DNA of 64,000 nucleotides from Heterodontus francisci (lineage: Eukaryota): assembly GCF_036365525.1 (NCBI RefSeq), contig NC_090378.1, forward strand, positions 119,893,593 to 119,957,592, read 5' to 3'. Shown here one piece after another: positions 1-10,945 of the stretch (the stretch's first letter is position 1; each line of letters opens with the position of its first letter). The notes below the pieces were generated by a model that saw only the letters and a list, made by a program, of their open reading frames with translations, made no database searches and was not told the DNA's origin. A program made the position numbers and the translations under genes.

Positions 1-1104
1 TCAGACTATCCCAGTTGATATTCGGTAAGTTGAAATCCCCTACTAAAGGTTGTGACTGGGATCGGGGCAGCAATGACAGTCGCTCTGGGTCTGAAGTACA
101 ACAGGGAGATGGAGCAGAGGCTATGGAGAGGGAAAACTGCATGCCATCCCCTCTGCATAGTTGGAGCTGGACTCCTCCATGCTCCTCGACAGTGACAGGA
201 AGCTGTCTGGCAGGTCGGCCAATGCAACCAGCATCTTAGTGTGCGTGCCCATTCAGCACTTCCCGTAGCCGCCCCATCTGAGACCTCTGCAGCAGTACTT
301 GTCTGCCACATTTCCCTCTGTTGAATTTGCACATGAAACATGGTTTACCCCTGGCCTGCTTGGAGGCCACTCATGCCCGGTGACTCACCACTTGCCTCCA
401 AGATACATGCAATGCCAATATCTGAGCTGGTGGCTGCAAGTGTCAGATCAAGTGTCAGGACATCTTCATTAGTGCTGCACTGTTGCTGTCTTTCCTCTTC
501 CTGTGGCTGGACCACTAACAGTTCTTGACTGTCTAAAGCATGGACTCAGAAAAGGAAGGTTGGTGTTAGGGAACGGGGATTCGGTGGGAAGCAAGAGATT
601 CATGGTCACACCATCAGCAGCTTGCTCATCATGCCTGTAGCAGGATGAGGGTTTGCTGGGAGATGGGAAGGGCCATAAGGCAGGAATATACAGCCATCCT
701 CAATGTTCTCCATGATGCCAGATGCCAAGGGCCCCATTGCAACCAATCCATAGGGCTCAGGAGATGCAGGCGTCTTATTCTGCCACTGGATTTGCCCATG
801 CTCCATTCTATTGTGTACTACCTTGTCTTGCAAGAGAGAGGTCAGAATGTCACTGCTTGTGTAGCACTGTATTTGGGTGATGTGTCTGCCATAGCTGAAT
901 AGCTGGAGATATGTGAAGGCAGTGAGAGGTGGGTGTGAGGCTGGCAGCATTGTTAGGTGTGTGAAGGTTGTGGTGGAATATCTGATTATTAGACCTGAGT
1001 CCTGAGTGCCAGCGAATGTTGTCAGATGAGTGATGGGGATGCATTGAGCAGCGTGAAGTGTTGATGGTGTGGTGGGTCGGAGATTTCATGTGCTGACCAA
1101 CTGC

Positions 1105-1300
1105 ATGAGCTCATTAGACTTCTTGCGATGCTGCTATCAGGTCCTTGGGTCCAGACTCTGAGAGTTGACCTTTCTGGCCACCAGCTCCCACTTCCATCTG
1201 AGGGGTGTCCTTGAGGGTCTCCTAGCTCCCTGCAGAACCATGGAGTCTCTCCTCCTTCTCACCTGCTCCACTGAAACTTCCAGCACTGCATCTGTCACTC
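1105..1300 (-). pseudogene. Degenerate Myb/SANT-like DNA-binding ORF, PIF/Harbinger transposon remnant
   Basis: The minus frame reads VTDAVLEVSVEQVRRRRDSMVLQGARRPSRTPLRWKWELVARKVNSQSLDPRT**QHRKKSNEL, matching the W..VA..VN..S..PRT..QCRKK.NDL pattern of Harbinger-type Myb/SANT proteins, with two in-frame stops. A TIR-like end (aaattctagccc) lies near 1644. Confidence 0.65.
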
Positions 1301-2078
1301 TGGAATCCTCTGTCTACCTTGGTCTTTACGTTATACTAATTTGCATTGCACAAAAATAATGATGCAGCTTTCCTTTAAGAGGGACAGACTGCCTTTAAGA
1401 AGAGTAAGCTGGCTGGGCAATGTGACCTACAAACAATGCTGCTGGGCCCTCCTGCTGTGTGTAGGGGCCACAGGCAGTGTTCAGGATCAGACAGCAATGC
1501 GGAAACTGCTCAGGCCAATGCCATAATCTTTCAGTTGAGGTGGCGACATGATGTTTGTGTTGTCCACCTTGAACTGAATGGACGCAGACAGGTCACAAGT
1601 CATGACCTCCATGTCCAAAAATTGGGGCTAACCAAATTCTAGCCCCATATGTTCTACCAAAGTGCCCCAAACAACTCGTGCAAACACGCAGCTGATATGT
1701 GACTCATTTGATGGCCATCATGGAACACAGCAGCATGAAAGGGATATGTGCAAGAAAGAAGATAATGTGAAACAGCAACATGGCCCATTGAAATGAGTAT
1801 GACGGAACCTTAGCAAAGGCCAGCAGTGGGCAAAGTTCCCTGCATTTTCATTTATACCAAGTTTATAGTTCGAAGCAATAAAGTTCAGCAAGACAATCCA
1901 GATCGACACGTCTCCCTCTGCCTGCTCCAACACTCAGGTCACAGACACCACCTCCCCCAATGCTGCTCTGGCTGTACACTTTGTTTCCAGGTGACCCTGT
2001 CTTCCATGTCGACCCAGCCTCTTGAAACAGGCGGCCGTTTAAGTACCAAATCTGAAATACCAAGCCTAAGGGGTGTGA

Positions 2079-2282
2079 CTACCTCCTTGAACAAAGTGTC
2101 CAGGTAACTTTCCCCCACTCCCTGATGCCTCGCAGTGTCTGAATCTCGAACTCCAGCTCGTCAACTCTGAGCTGAAGTTCCTCGAGCTGCAGACACTTAC
2201 TGCAGATGTGGTTGCAGTGAATCACACTGGTGTCCATCAGCTTCCACTTGCTACAGCTGCAACACATCACCTGCCCTGACAT
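2079..2282 (-). mobile_element. CR1 LINE ORF1 N-terminal fragment (zinc finger / leucine zipper)
   Basis: MSGQVMCCSCSKW…HICSKCLQLEELQLRVDELEFEIQTLRGIRE: a CxxC…CxxC pair followed by heptad leucines, typical of CR1 ORF1. Confidence 0.75.
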
Positions 2283-2431
2283 CTCGATTGTGTTTCAAGT
2301 TTAAAAATATTACTGAATGATAATTTGTAGTTATATTAATTTGTTTAACTCATTAAGCTACAAGTTTATACATTACTTATATTTCCCCAGTACCAGTTTG
2401 CACTGCCCCATTTTAGAAAGAAGAAAAATAC

Positions 2432-5195
2432 TTTTTTTTATTCTATCACGGGATGTGGGTGTCGCTGGCTCAGCCAGCATTTATTGCCCATCCCTAATTG
2501 CCCTTGAGAAGATGGTGGTGAGCCTCCTTCTTGAACCGCTGCAGTCTTTGTGGTGTATGTACACCCACAGTGCTGTTGTAAAGGGAGTTCCAGAATTTTG
2601 ACCCAGCAACAGTGAAGCAACAGCAATATAGTTCTAAGTCAGGATGGTGTGTGCCTTGGAGGGGAACTTGCAGGTGGTGGTGTTCCCATGCATCTGCTGT
2701 CCTTATCCTTCTAGGTGATATAGATTGTAGATTTGGAAGGTGCTGTCAAAGGAGCCTTGGTACTTTGCTGCAGTGCATCTTGTAGATGGTACATACAGCT
2801 GCCAGTGTGCGTCAGTGGTGGAGGGAGTGAATGTTTGTGGATGGGGTGCCAATCAAGTGGGCTGCTTTGTCCTGGATGGTGTCAAGCTTCTTAATTGTTG
2901 TTGGAGCTGCTCTCATCCAGGCAATTGGAGGGTATTCCATCACACTCCTGACATATGCCTTGTATATGGTGGAGAGCCTTTATGGAGTCAGGAGGTGAGT
3001 TACTCACTGCAGAATTCCTAGCCTCTGACATGTTCTTGTAGCCATAGTACTTATGTGGCTGGTGCAGTTCATTTTCTGGTCAATGCTAACCCCCAGGATG
3101 TTGATTGTGGGGGATTTTGCGATAGTAATGCCATTGAATGTCAAGGGAAGATGGTTAGATTCTCTCTTGTTTGATGTGATCAGTACCTAGCATTTGTGTG
3201 GCACAAATGTAACTTGTCACTTATCAGCACAAGCCTGAACGTTGTCCAGGTACTGCTTCAGTCTCTGAGGAGTCACGAATGGTGTTGAATATTGTTCAAT
3301 CGTCAGCAAACATCTTCACTTCTGACCTTAAAGTGGAGGGAAGGTCATTGATGAAAGAGCTGAAGATGGTTGGGCCTAGGACACTACCCTGAGGAACTCC
3401 TGCAGAGATATCCTAGAACTGAGATGATTGACCTCCAACAACCACAACCATCTTCCTTTATGCTAGGTCTGAATCTAACCGGTGGAGAGTTTTTCCACTG
3501 ATTCCCATTGACTCCAGTTTTACGAGGGCTCTTTGATGCCATACTCGGTCAATAGTGTCAAAGGCAGTCACTCTCACCTCACCTCTGGAGTTTAGCTCTT
3601 TTGTCCATGTTTCAATCAAGGCTGCAATGAGGTCAAGAGTTGAGTGGCCCTGGCAGAACCCAAACTGAGTGTCAGTGAGCAGGTTATTGCTGAGCAAGTG
3701 CCACTTGATAGCACTGTCGACGACCCCTTCCATCACTTTGCTGATGATTGTGAGTAAACTGATAGGGCAGTAATTGGTTGGGTTGAATTTGTCCTGCTTT
3801 TTGTGAACAGGACACACCTGGCCAATTTTCCACTTTGTCGGATAGATGCCAGTGCTGTAGCTGTTCTGGAATAGCTTTGTTAGGGGCGCTGATTGTTCTG
3901 GAGCACAAGTCTTCAGTTCTATTGCCGAAATGTTGTCAGGGCCCATAGCCTTTGCTCTATCCAGTGCCTTCAGTCGTTTCTTGATATCACATGAAGTGAA
4001 TCAAATTGGCTGAAGACTGGCATCTATGGTGTTCAGGACCTCAGGAAGAGGCCAAGATGAATCATTGACTTCTAGCTGAAGATGGATGCAAATGTTTCAG
4101 CCTTGTCTTGCACACAGAGGTGCTGGGCTCCCCCAAAGTTGAGGATGGGGATGTTTGTGGAGCCTGTCACAGACCTTTAATTATTTTTCTTCTCAGATTA
4201 AAAACAGTGTGCGTGCCTTTAAGACGCTGTTAACAACAGTGTACCTCCAAGGGAGAGAATGTTTTAGAATTCCTGGAGACACAGTGCACCAGCTGCATTT
4301 TTGTTAAAATGGGCAACAGCAGGAGAGAGAAAGGTCACATGGTAATGTTTCCATTTTAACTGTGTGTGAAACTGGCAGAAACCGGCTGAGACCAGTTAGT
4401 TTTTGAGAGACTTTCCAGTGAGGCGATCTGAAGAAAAGGAGCTGTATTATTTTCTCTCAGAAAAATTCTGCAAGGTGCTACAAGCCACGTTCATTCCTGA
4501 GTAAAGAAGAAAAGCTTTTCTTCCTCAATAAATTATTTGTATTGCTGTGCTCATCATTCAAAGAACTGTTTAATGCGTGCTACAGCCGAAGAGTTGAATG
4601 CCTATCTTCTGAAGGACTGTTTTCACCAGATCCATGTGAAGACCGCAAATGACCTTTGACTATTTTCACTTTAGAAGACCTCATCCACCAGGAACATAAT
4701 CCACAAACACTTTCTTATTTTATTTATACTTAAGAGACAGCTAATTTTAAAAAATTCCACTTTAATAAAAAAAACAGTTAACTATTGTTACTTCTGAGTA
4801 TATGTGTGTGAATGTGGGAGTTAGATTAATATAAGTTATAAGGTCTTTCGAATAGGTTTATCTTAATAGTGTTTAAGATTGCATTTTAATAAATAGTTAA
4901 TTTATTGTTGTCTAAACATGTCTGGTTTGGTCTGTTTCATTCTGGGGTTACTGTTTAATTTGGCAGTTTTCCGATTGGGTGTGAAAGCTTAATAATATGC
5001 TGCAACCTGCAGAGTGAAGGGACTAAATTAACAGTGTGTTGCTCCCACTACAGTTGTAACAAGCCTCCTCGCCCAGTTAGTTGTTTAATTGTCCACCGTC
5101 ATTCACGAGTAGATATGGCAGCACTGCAGAGCTTAGATCTGATCCTTTGCTTGTGGGATCATTTATCTCTATCACATGCTGCTTCTGCTGTTCGA
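2432..5195 (-). mobile_element. CR1/L2-group LINE, decayed RT region and 3' end, interrupted by a solo LTR
   Basis: ORF 3458-3946 has RT-proximal motifs GPDNI, WK…V.PVHKK, NY.PISLL, QFGF. A-rich 3' tail at about 2432-2441. Sequence resumes after the 4165-5061 insertion. Confidence 0.85.
4165..5061 (+). mobile_element. Solo LTR (897 bp) with 4-bp target-site duplication
   Basis: Termini TGTCACA…TGTAACA (imperfect inverted, TG..CA), flanked by AGCC at 4161-4164 and 5062-5065; internal AATAAA. Confidence 0.85.
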
Positions 5196-5460
5196 CACGC
5201 CTGAACTCCTGGCTCCATAGCATTGGACGGGCTGCAGTCTCAGCAGTGGCCACCACTCCCAGTGGAGCTGCTGGGACTAAGAGCTGCCGGCCCACTGATT
5301 GGTCGGCAAGTTACTGAGGCAGGATCTCCTCCCTCAAGTGGGTGGAAGTCCTGCCTCGGAACAATTAAATCCCAGGGACCCGTAAAATGCAGGTCGGATC
5401 CCCGGGCTATGCGTAAAAGTCAGTGGTGAAGTCTCGTCCGCCTACGGTAAAATCCAGCCC
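5196..5460. mobile_element. Probable non-autonomous DNA transposon fragment (Harbinger-like end)
   Basis: GC/CpG-richer block ending in ggtaaaatccagccc, similar to the aaattctagccc end near 1644; it sits at the junction where both the LINE and the Gypsy pol break off. Confidence 0.35.
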
Positions 5461-7890
5461 ACTGAGTGAATCTCACACACTACTGCTTTGTTGAGCCGCG
5501 TTAAATCCACACATATTCGCAGAGTTTCATTTGGCTTCAGGACAGGAACCATGGCTAATCACCAGTTCATTGGTTGCCTTACCAGAGAGATAATGCCCAT
5601 TCTTGTCACCTCCTCCAATTGTTTTTGGGCTTTGTTTAATAAGGGATGAGGTATTCCTCTTTGTGTGAAGATACACACTGATTTGTCCCCTTCCTTCAGA
5701 GTGATCCTGTACTCCGTCTTTAGTTTTCTGAGCCCTTTGAACAGCTTCAGGAATTCTGTTTGAAAGGAATTGTTAGCCTTTGTTTGCTTGACTTTGGCTA
5801 CATTTTTAATCAACTGCAGTTGTAAGCAGACATTCCTGCTTAGTAAAGAAAATGCTTGATTGTGCAAGAAATGCAAGTTCTCTACCAGTTGTCTGCCGCT
5901 GTGCTGAAGAGTTTCTTGGAGTTTGCCTTTTACTCACAGTTATGTCCTGCCAGGACCGTGCAATTGTATATCTGTCAGTTGCAGGTAATGTCTCTTCACC
6001 CAAGGATCTTGGTCAGACAATACCATGATACTCGCCCCTGTGTCAAGCTTAAACTTCATGAGGCGTCCATTCACAGAGATGTCTGCTGTCCAGAAATTTT
6101 GGTCTGGATTATTGATTTCTCCCAAGAGCTCTCCTGGTACTTGCCCTTGTGGATATTGCTGTACTTGATTCACTGCTGTTTGTGTGAAGGTTTTCTGCTT
6201 TGTACTTTTAAGTGCAGAGATTTTGCTGTGGCACATCTTCCCATAATTAAAACACTCAGCTTTACTTGCTGGGCACTGCTCTCGTCTGTGGGTCTTCTTG
6301 GCTCCACAACATTGACAAGGTTTTCCTGTGTCATGCATCTTCTCACCTGGATGTTTTTTTCTGTTCCTCAAAGTTTTTCCCTGGCTTTGGCTTCACCAGT
6401 TGGTTGGGAATTGGACTCCTTCTCATCCACAGCTTGTCTTCAGCTCGTAGAATGTCCCTATTCTGTTTGTGAACCTCAGCCTGTCTTATAATTTGAATGG
6501 CCTTTTCCAGTGTAAGGTCTTCCTTGGATTGCAACAGGTCTGACAAGGATTCATCCGCTGTGCCGATGACTATCCTGTCTCTGATTAGTTCTGCTTTTCA
6601 TTCACTGTGTTCACAACCTTCTGACAATTTATACAGGTCATTAATATATGAATCTACAGACTCTCCAATCATCTGCACCCACTTATTAAATTTGACTCTT
6701 TTCAAAATTTCATTGGTAGGCAGATTAAAATATTTATCAAAAGCTTGGAGTACTTTTTGAATTTATCAGAAGCCTCATTGATCCCTTGTCGGACAGTTAC
6801 ATTGTCTGCTATTGCACCTACTGAATACAGGAGGGTGTTCACTTGCTCCATTTCAGATTTGGTCTGGAGTTGAGAAGCAACTCTGAATATTAAGAACCTT
6901 ATTCTCCATATTAGCCAATTTTGGACCTGATTGAGACCTTCTTGGTTCTGGAAACTCTCAGGCATTCCCAATTTTGGATCCATATTGCTTCCTTTCGTTT
7001 TTTAGACTTTGCTAAGGTGGTCCTTGGCTCGAGGTGTTTGCGTTCTGTTTGGGGCTTTCCCACGCTCTCCGACCTTTCACGCACTTTCTGACAAATACCA
7101 AGCTTTTTTCCCTCGGTGAGGCTGAGCAATGGCTGCCACTGTACTCGCCTCTCGTCGCCGATTCGACTGAGATCGCTTTCTGCACCTGATTTTTTTCCCA
7201 GTGCACCGTTTAAACAAATGGCCAATTTCACTGTCCCACCGATCCTGGATCGTCGTCTGGCATGAAGACTCGGACCCAACCGCAGGATGTGCTGGATGTA
7301 CTGACGCAGAGTCTCCCATTGCTGTGGTGTGGTCTCCAGAGCCTCTTCACAGCCTCTTCTGCCAGTAAGTCATTTTCTTACTGTACTGGACCAGTATTTA
7401 TCTTTAAATTTCTCTGCTTTACCCCTGGTGTTCCTTCAAAAGGTAAGGAGATCTTCAAATTCTCCTATAATAATAGCAAAATACTGCGGATGCTGGAAGT
7501 CTGAAATAAAAACAAGAAATGCTGCAACCACTCAGCAGGTCTGGCAGCATCTGTGGAAAGAGAAGCAGAGGTAACGTTTCGGGTCACTGACCCTTCTTCA
7601 AATTCTCCTGATCCCTTTCACAGCAGCCACCATATTGCGTTGTCGTGTTTGTATTAGTAGTGTTTAAGGGCGTTCTACAGAAAGTCTTCAATTCCGGTAA
7701 AGGTTAACAATAACTCTTTATTATTCACAGTTACTATATACACTCTCCACAAGCCACTTAAACTAGTATCCTTCGTGCTGCTATACCTTCTCCTTCTCAA
7801 GTCTATCTCATGTGACTGTTACATCATCACTTGCACAGTGGGAGGGGTCTCATTGTCTTTGGTATTAACTCTTTACATCCTTATACTACA
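5461..7890 (-). mobile_element. Ty3/Gypsy LTR retrotransposon, 5' half (LTR, PBS, gag, protease, start of RT), frameshifted
   Basis: LTR about 7633-7890 starting TGTAGTAT on the minus strand, followed by PBS-like TGGTGGCTGCTGTG. Gag fragments at 6702-6983 and 6343-6546 (LTLEKAIQI), zinc knuckles C..CG….H….CPA, protease KLDTGAS (5940-6371), and RT N-terminus GII…NW..AMVPVLKPN.TLRICVDLTRLNK. Confidence 0.9.
7467..7594 (-). mobile_element. Short Penelope-like retroelement terminal fragment with 15-bp TSD, inserted in the Gypsy 5' UTR
   Basis: Direct repeat TCTTCAAATTCTCCT at 7452-7466 and 7595-7609. The insert begins on the minus strand with hammerhead-like (T)TGAAGA-A-GGGTC-AGT-GACCC-GAAA-CGTTA. 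Confidence 0.65.
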
Positions 7891-8136
7891 CCTCGGTTGA
7901 TGCTGGAGGTCTGTCCAGTTTCATTCCTTTTAGACTTTTCTTTTGTGATTTGGTACAACTGAATGGCTTGCCAGGCCATTTCAGAGGGCATTTAAGAGTC
8001 AACCACATTGCTGTGGGTCTGGAGTCATACATAGGCCAGACCAGATAAGGACAGCAGATTTCCTTCCCTAAAGGACATTAGTGAACCAGATGGGTTTTTA
8101 TGACAATCTACAATGGTTTCATAGTCACCATTACCG
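7891..8136 (-). mobile_element. Retroposon 5'-region fragment sharing sequence with the SINE at 53708-54424
   Basis: 7985-8130 (ggcatttaagagtcaaccacattgctgtgggtctggagtc…ggacattagtgaaccagatgggtttt) closely matches 53789-53933. Confidence 0.7.
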
Positions 8137-10945
8137 AGAACATACGGACATACAAATTCAGAGCAGGAGTAGACCACTCGACCCCTCGAACCTGCTCCGC
8201 CATTCAATAAGTTCATGGCTGAACTGATTACTCCACATTTCCACCTACCTCCGATAACCTTCCACCCCCTTGCTTATCAAGAATCTATCTACCTCTTCCA
8301 TAAAAATATTCAAAGACTCTGCTTCCACTGCCTTTTGAGGAAGAGAATTCCAAAGACTCACGATCCTCTGAGAGAAAAGATTTCTCCTCATCTCTGTCTT
8401 AAATGGGCGACACCTTATTTTTAAACAGTGACCCCTAGTTCGAGATTCTTCCACAAGGGGAAACATCCTTTCCACATCCACCCTGTCAAGACCCCCCAGG
8501 ATCTTATATGTTTCAATCAAGACGCCTCTTACTTTTCTAAATTCCAGCGGATACAACCTAGCCTGTCCAATCTTTCCTCGTAAGACAGGCCACCCATTCC
8601 AGGTATCAGTCTAGTAGACCTTCTCTGTACTGCCTCCAAAGCATTTACATCCTTCCTTAAATAAGGAGACCAATACTGTACACAGTACTCCAGATGTGGT
8701 TTCACCAATGTCCTGTATAGCTGAAGCATAACCTCCCTACTTTTGTATTCAATTCCCCTTGTGATAAATGATAACATTCTATTAGCTTTCCTAATGACGT
8801 GCTGTATCTGCATACTAACTTTTGCGATTCATTGACTCATGCACTAGGACACCCAGATTCCTCTGCATCTCAGAGCTCTGCAATCTCTCACAATTTAGAT
8901 AATATGCTTCTGTTTTATTCTTCCTGCCAAAGTGGACAATTTCCCACTTTCCCACTTTCCCACATTATCCTCCATTTCCCAGGTCTTTGCCCACTCACTT
9001 AACCGATCTGTATTCCTTTGTAGCCTCCTTATGTCCTTTTCACAAGTTACTTTCCTACCTATCTTTCTGTCCTCAGCAAATTTAGCGACCATACCTTCAT
9101 CTAAGTCATTTATATAAATTGTAAAAAGTTGAGGCCCCCAGCACAGATCCCTGTGGCACACCACCTGTTACGTCTTGCCAACCAGAAAATGACCCATTTA
9201 TGCCGACTGTCTGTTTGCTGTTAGCTCACCAATCTTCGATCCATGCCAATATGTTACCCTCTACACTATGAGCTTTTATTTTCTGCAATAACCTTTGATG
9301 TAGCACCTTATCAAATGCCTTCTGGGAATCCAAGTACAATACATCCACTGGTTCCCCTTTATCCACAGCACATGTAACTCCCTCAAAGAACTCCAATAAC
9401 TTGGTTAAACATGATTTCCCTTTCACAAAACCATGTTGAGTCTTCCTGATTACCTTGAATTTTTCTAAATACCCTGCTATAACATCTTTAATAATAGCTT
9501 CAAACATTTTCCCTAAGACAGATGTTAAGCTAACTGGCCTGTAGTTTCCTGCTTTCTGTCTCCTTCCCTTTTTGAATAAAGGAGTTACATTTGCTATTTT
9601 CCAATCTAAAGGAACCTTCCCTGAATCTCGGGAAATTTGGAAAATTAAAACTAACGCATCAACTATCTCACTAGCCACTTCTTCTTATACCCTAAGATGA
9701 AGTCCATCAGGACCTGGGGACTTGTCATCCCGCAGCTTCAACAATTTGTTCAGTACCACGTCCCTGATGATTGTAATTTTCTTGAGTTCCTCCCTCCCTT
9801 CCATTTCCTGACTTACAGCTAATACTAGGATGTTACGTGTATACTCAGTAGTGAAGACTGATACAAAATAGCTTTTCAATTCATCTGCCATCTCCTTATT
9901 ATCCATCAATAATTCCCTAGACTCACTTTTTATAGGACCAATGCTCACTTTGTTAACTTTTTTCTTTTTAATATATTTATAGATGCTCTTACTATCTTTA
10001 TATTTCTAGCTAGCTTTCTCTCGTACTCTAACTTTACCTTCCTTATCAATCTTTTAGTCCTTCTTTGCTGTTTTTTATATTCCGTCCAATCTTCTGGCCT
10101 GCCTCCCATCTTTGCACAATTTTAGGCTTTTTCTTTACGCTTTATATATCTTTAACTGTTTTACTTAACCACGAATGGCGGGTCCCACCCTTGGAATTTT
10201 TCTGTCTCGTTGAAATGTACCTATTCTGCATATTCTGAAATATCCCCTTAAAAGTCTGCCACTGCATCTCTATTGACCTATCCCTAAACCTACTTTGCCA
10301 GTTCACTTCAGCTCGCTCTGCTTTCATTCCCTCATAATTGCCCTTATTTAAGTTTAAAATACTAGTCTTGGACCCACTCTTCTCTCCTTCAAACTGAATG
10401 TAAAATTCAATCATATTCTGATCGCTGCTACCTAGGGGCACTTTAACTATAAGGTCATTAATTATTCCTATCACATTCCACAATACTAGGTCTAGTATAG
10501 CCTGCTCTCTGGTTGGATCCAGAACGTATTGTTCCAAGAAATTATCCCAAAATCATTTCATGTACTCATCTAGAGGCTACCTCTGCCCATCTGATTTTTC
10601 CAGTCTATATGTAGGTTAAAATCCCCCACAATTATCACTATACCTTTCTGACAAGCTGCCATTATTTCTTCCTTTATACCCCTTCCCACAGTGTAGTTAA
10701 TGTTAGGTAGCCTGTGCACCACTCCCACATGTGACTTCTTGTCTTTATGATTTCTCATCTCTACCCAAACTGCTTCATCATCCTGGTCTCCTGAACTTAG
10801 GTCATCCCTCTCTATTGCGCTAATGCCATCATTAATTACAGAGCTACCCCTCCACCATTTCCTAGCTTCCTGTCCTTCCTAAATGCCAGATATCTTTGAA
10901 TATTCAGGTCCCAATCAATGTCGTCCTGTAGCCTGTAATGGCTAT
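8137..10945 (-). mobile_element. CR1 LINE ORF2 (APE endonuclease + RT), decayed and 5'-truncated
   Basis: Fragments GDFNL..DW, PTREQAILDLVL, LGSSD, KSPGPDG, WKIANVTPLFKKG, NYRPVSLTS, QHGFVKGKSCLT, AFDKV, FTIYINDL, KFAED, PHLEYCVQYWSP; 3' tail near 8137-8160. Confidence 0.95.
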
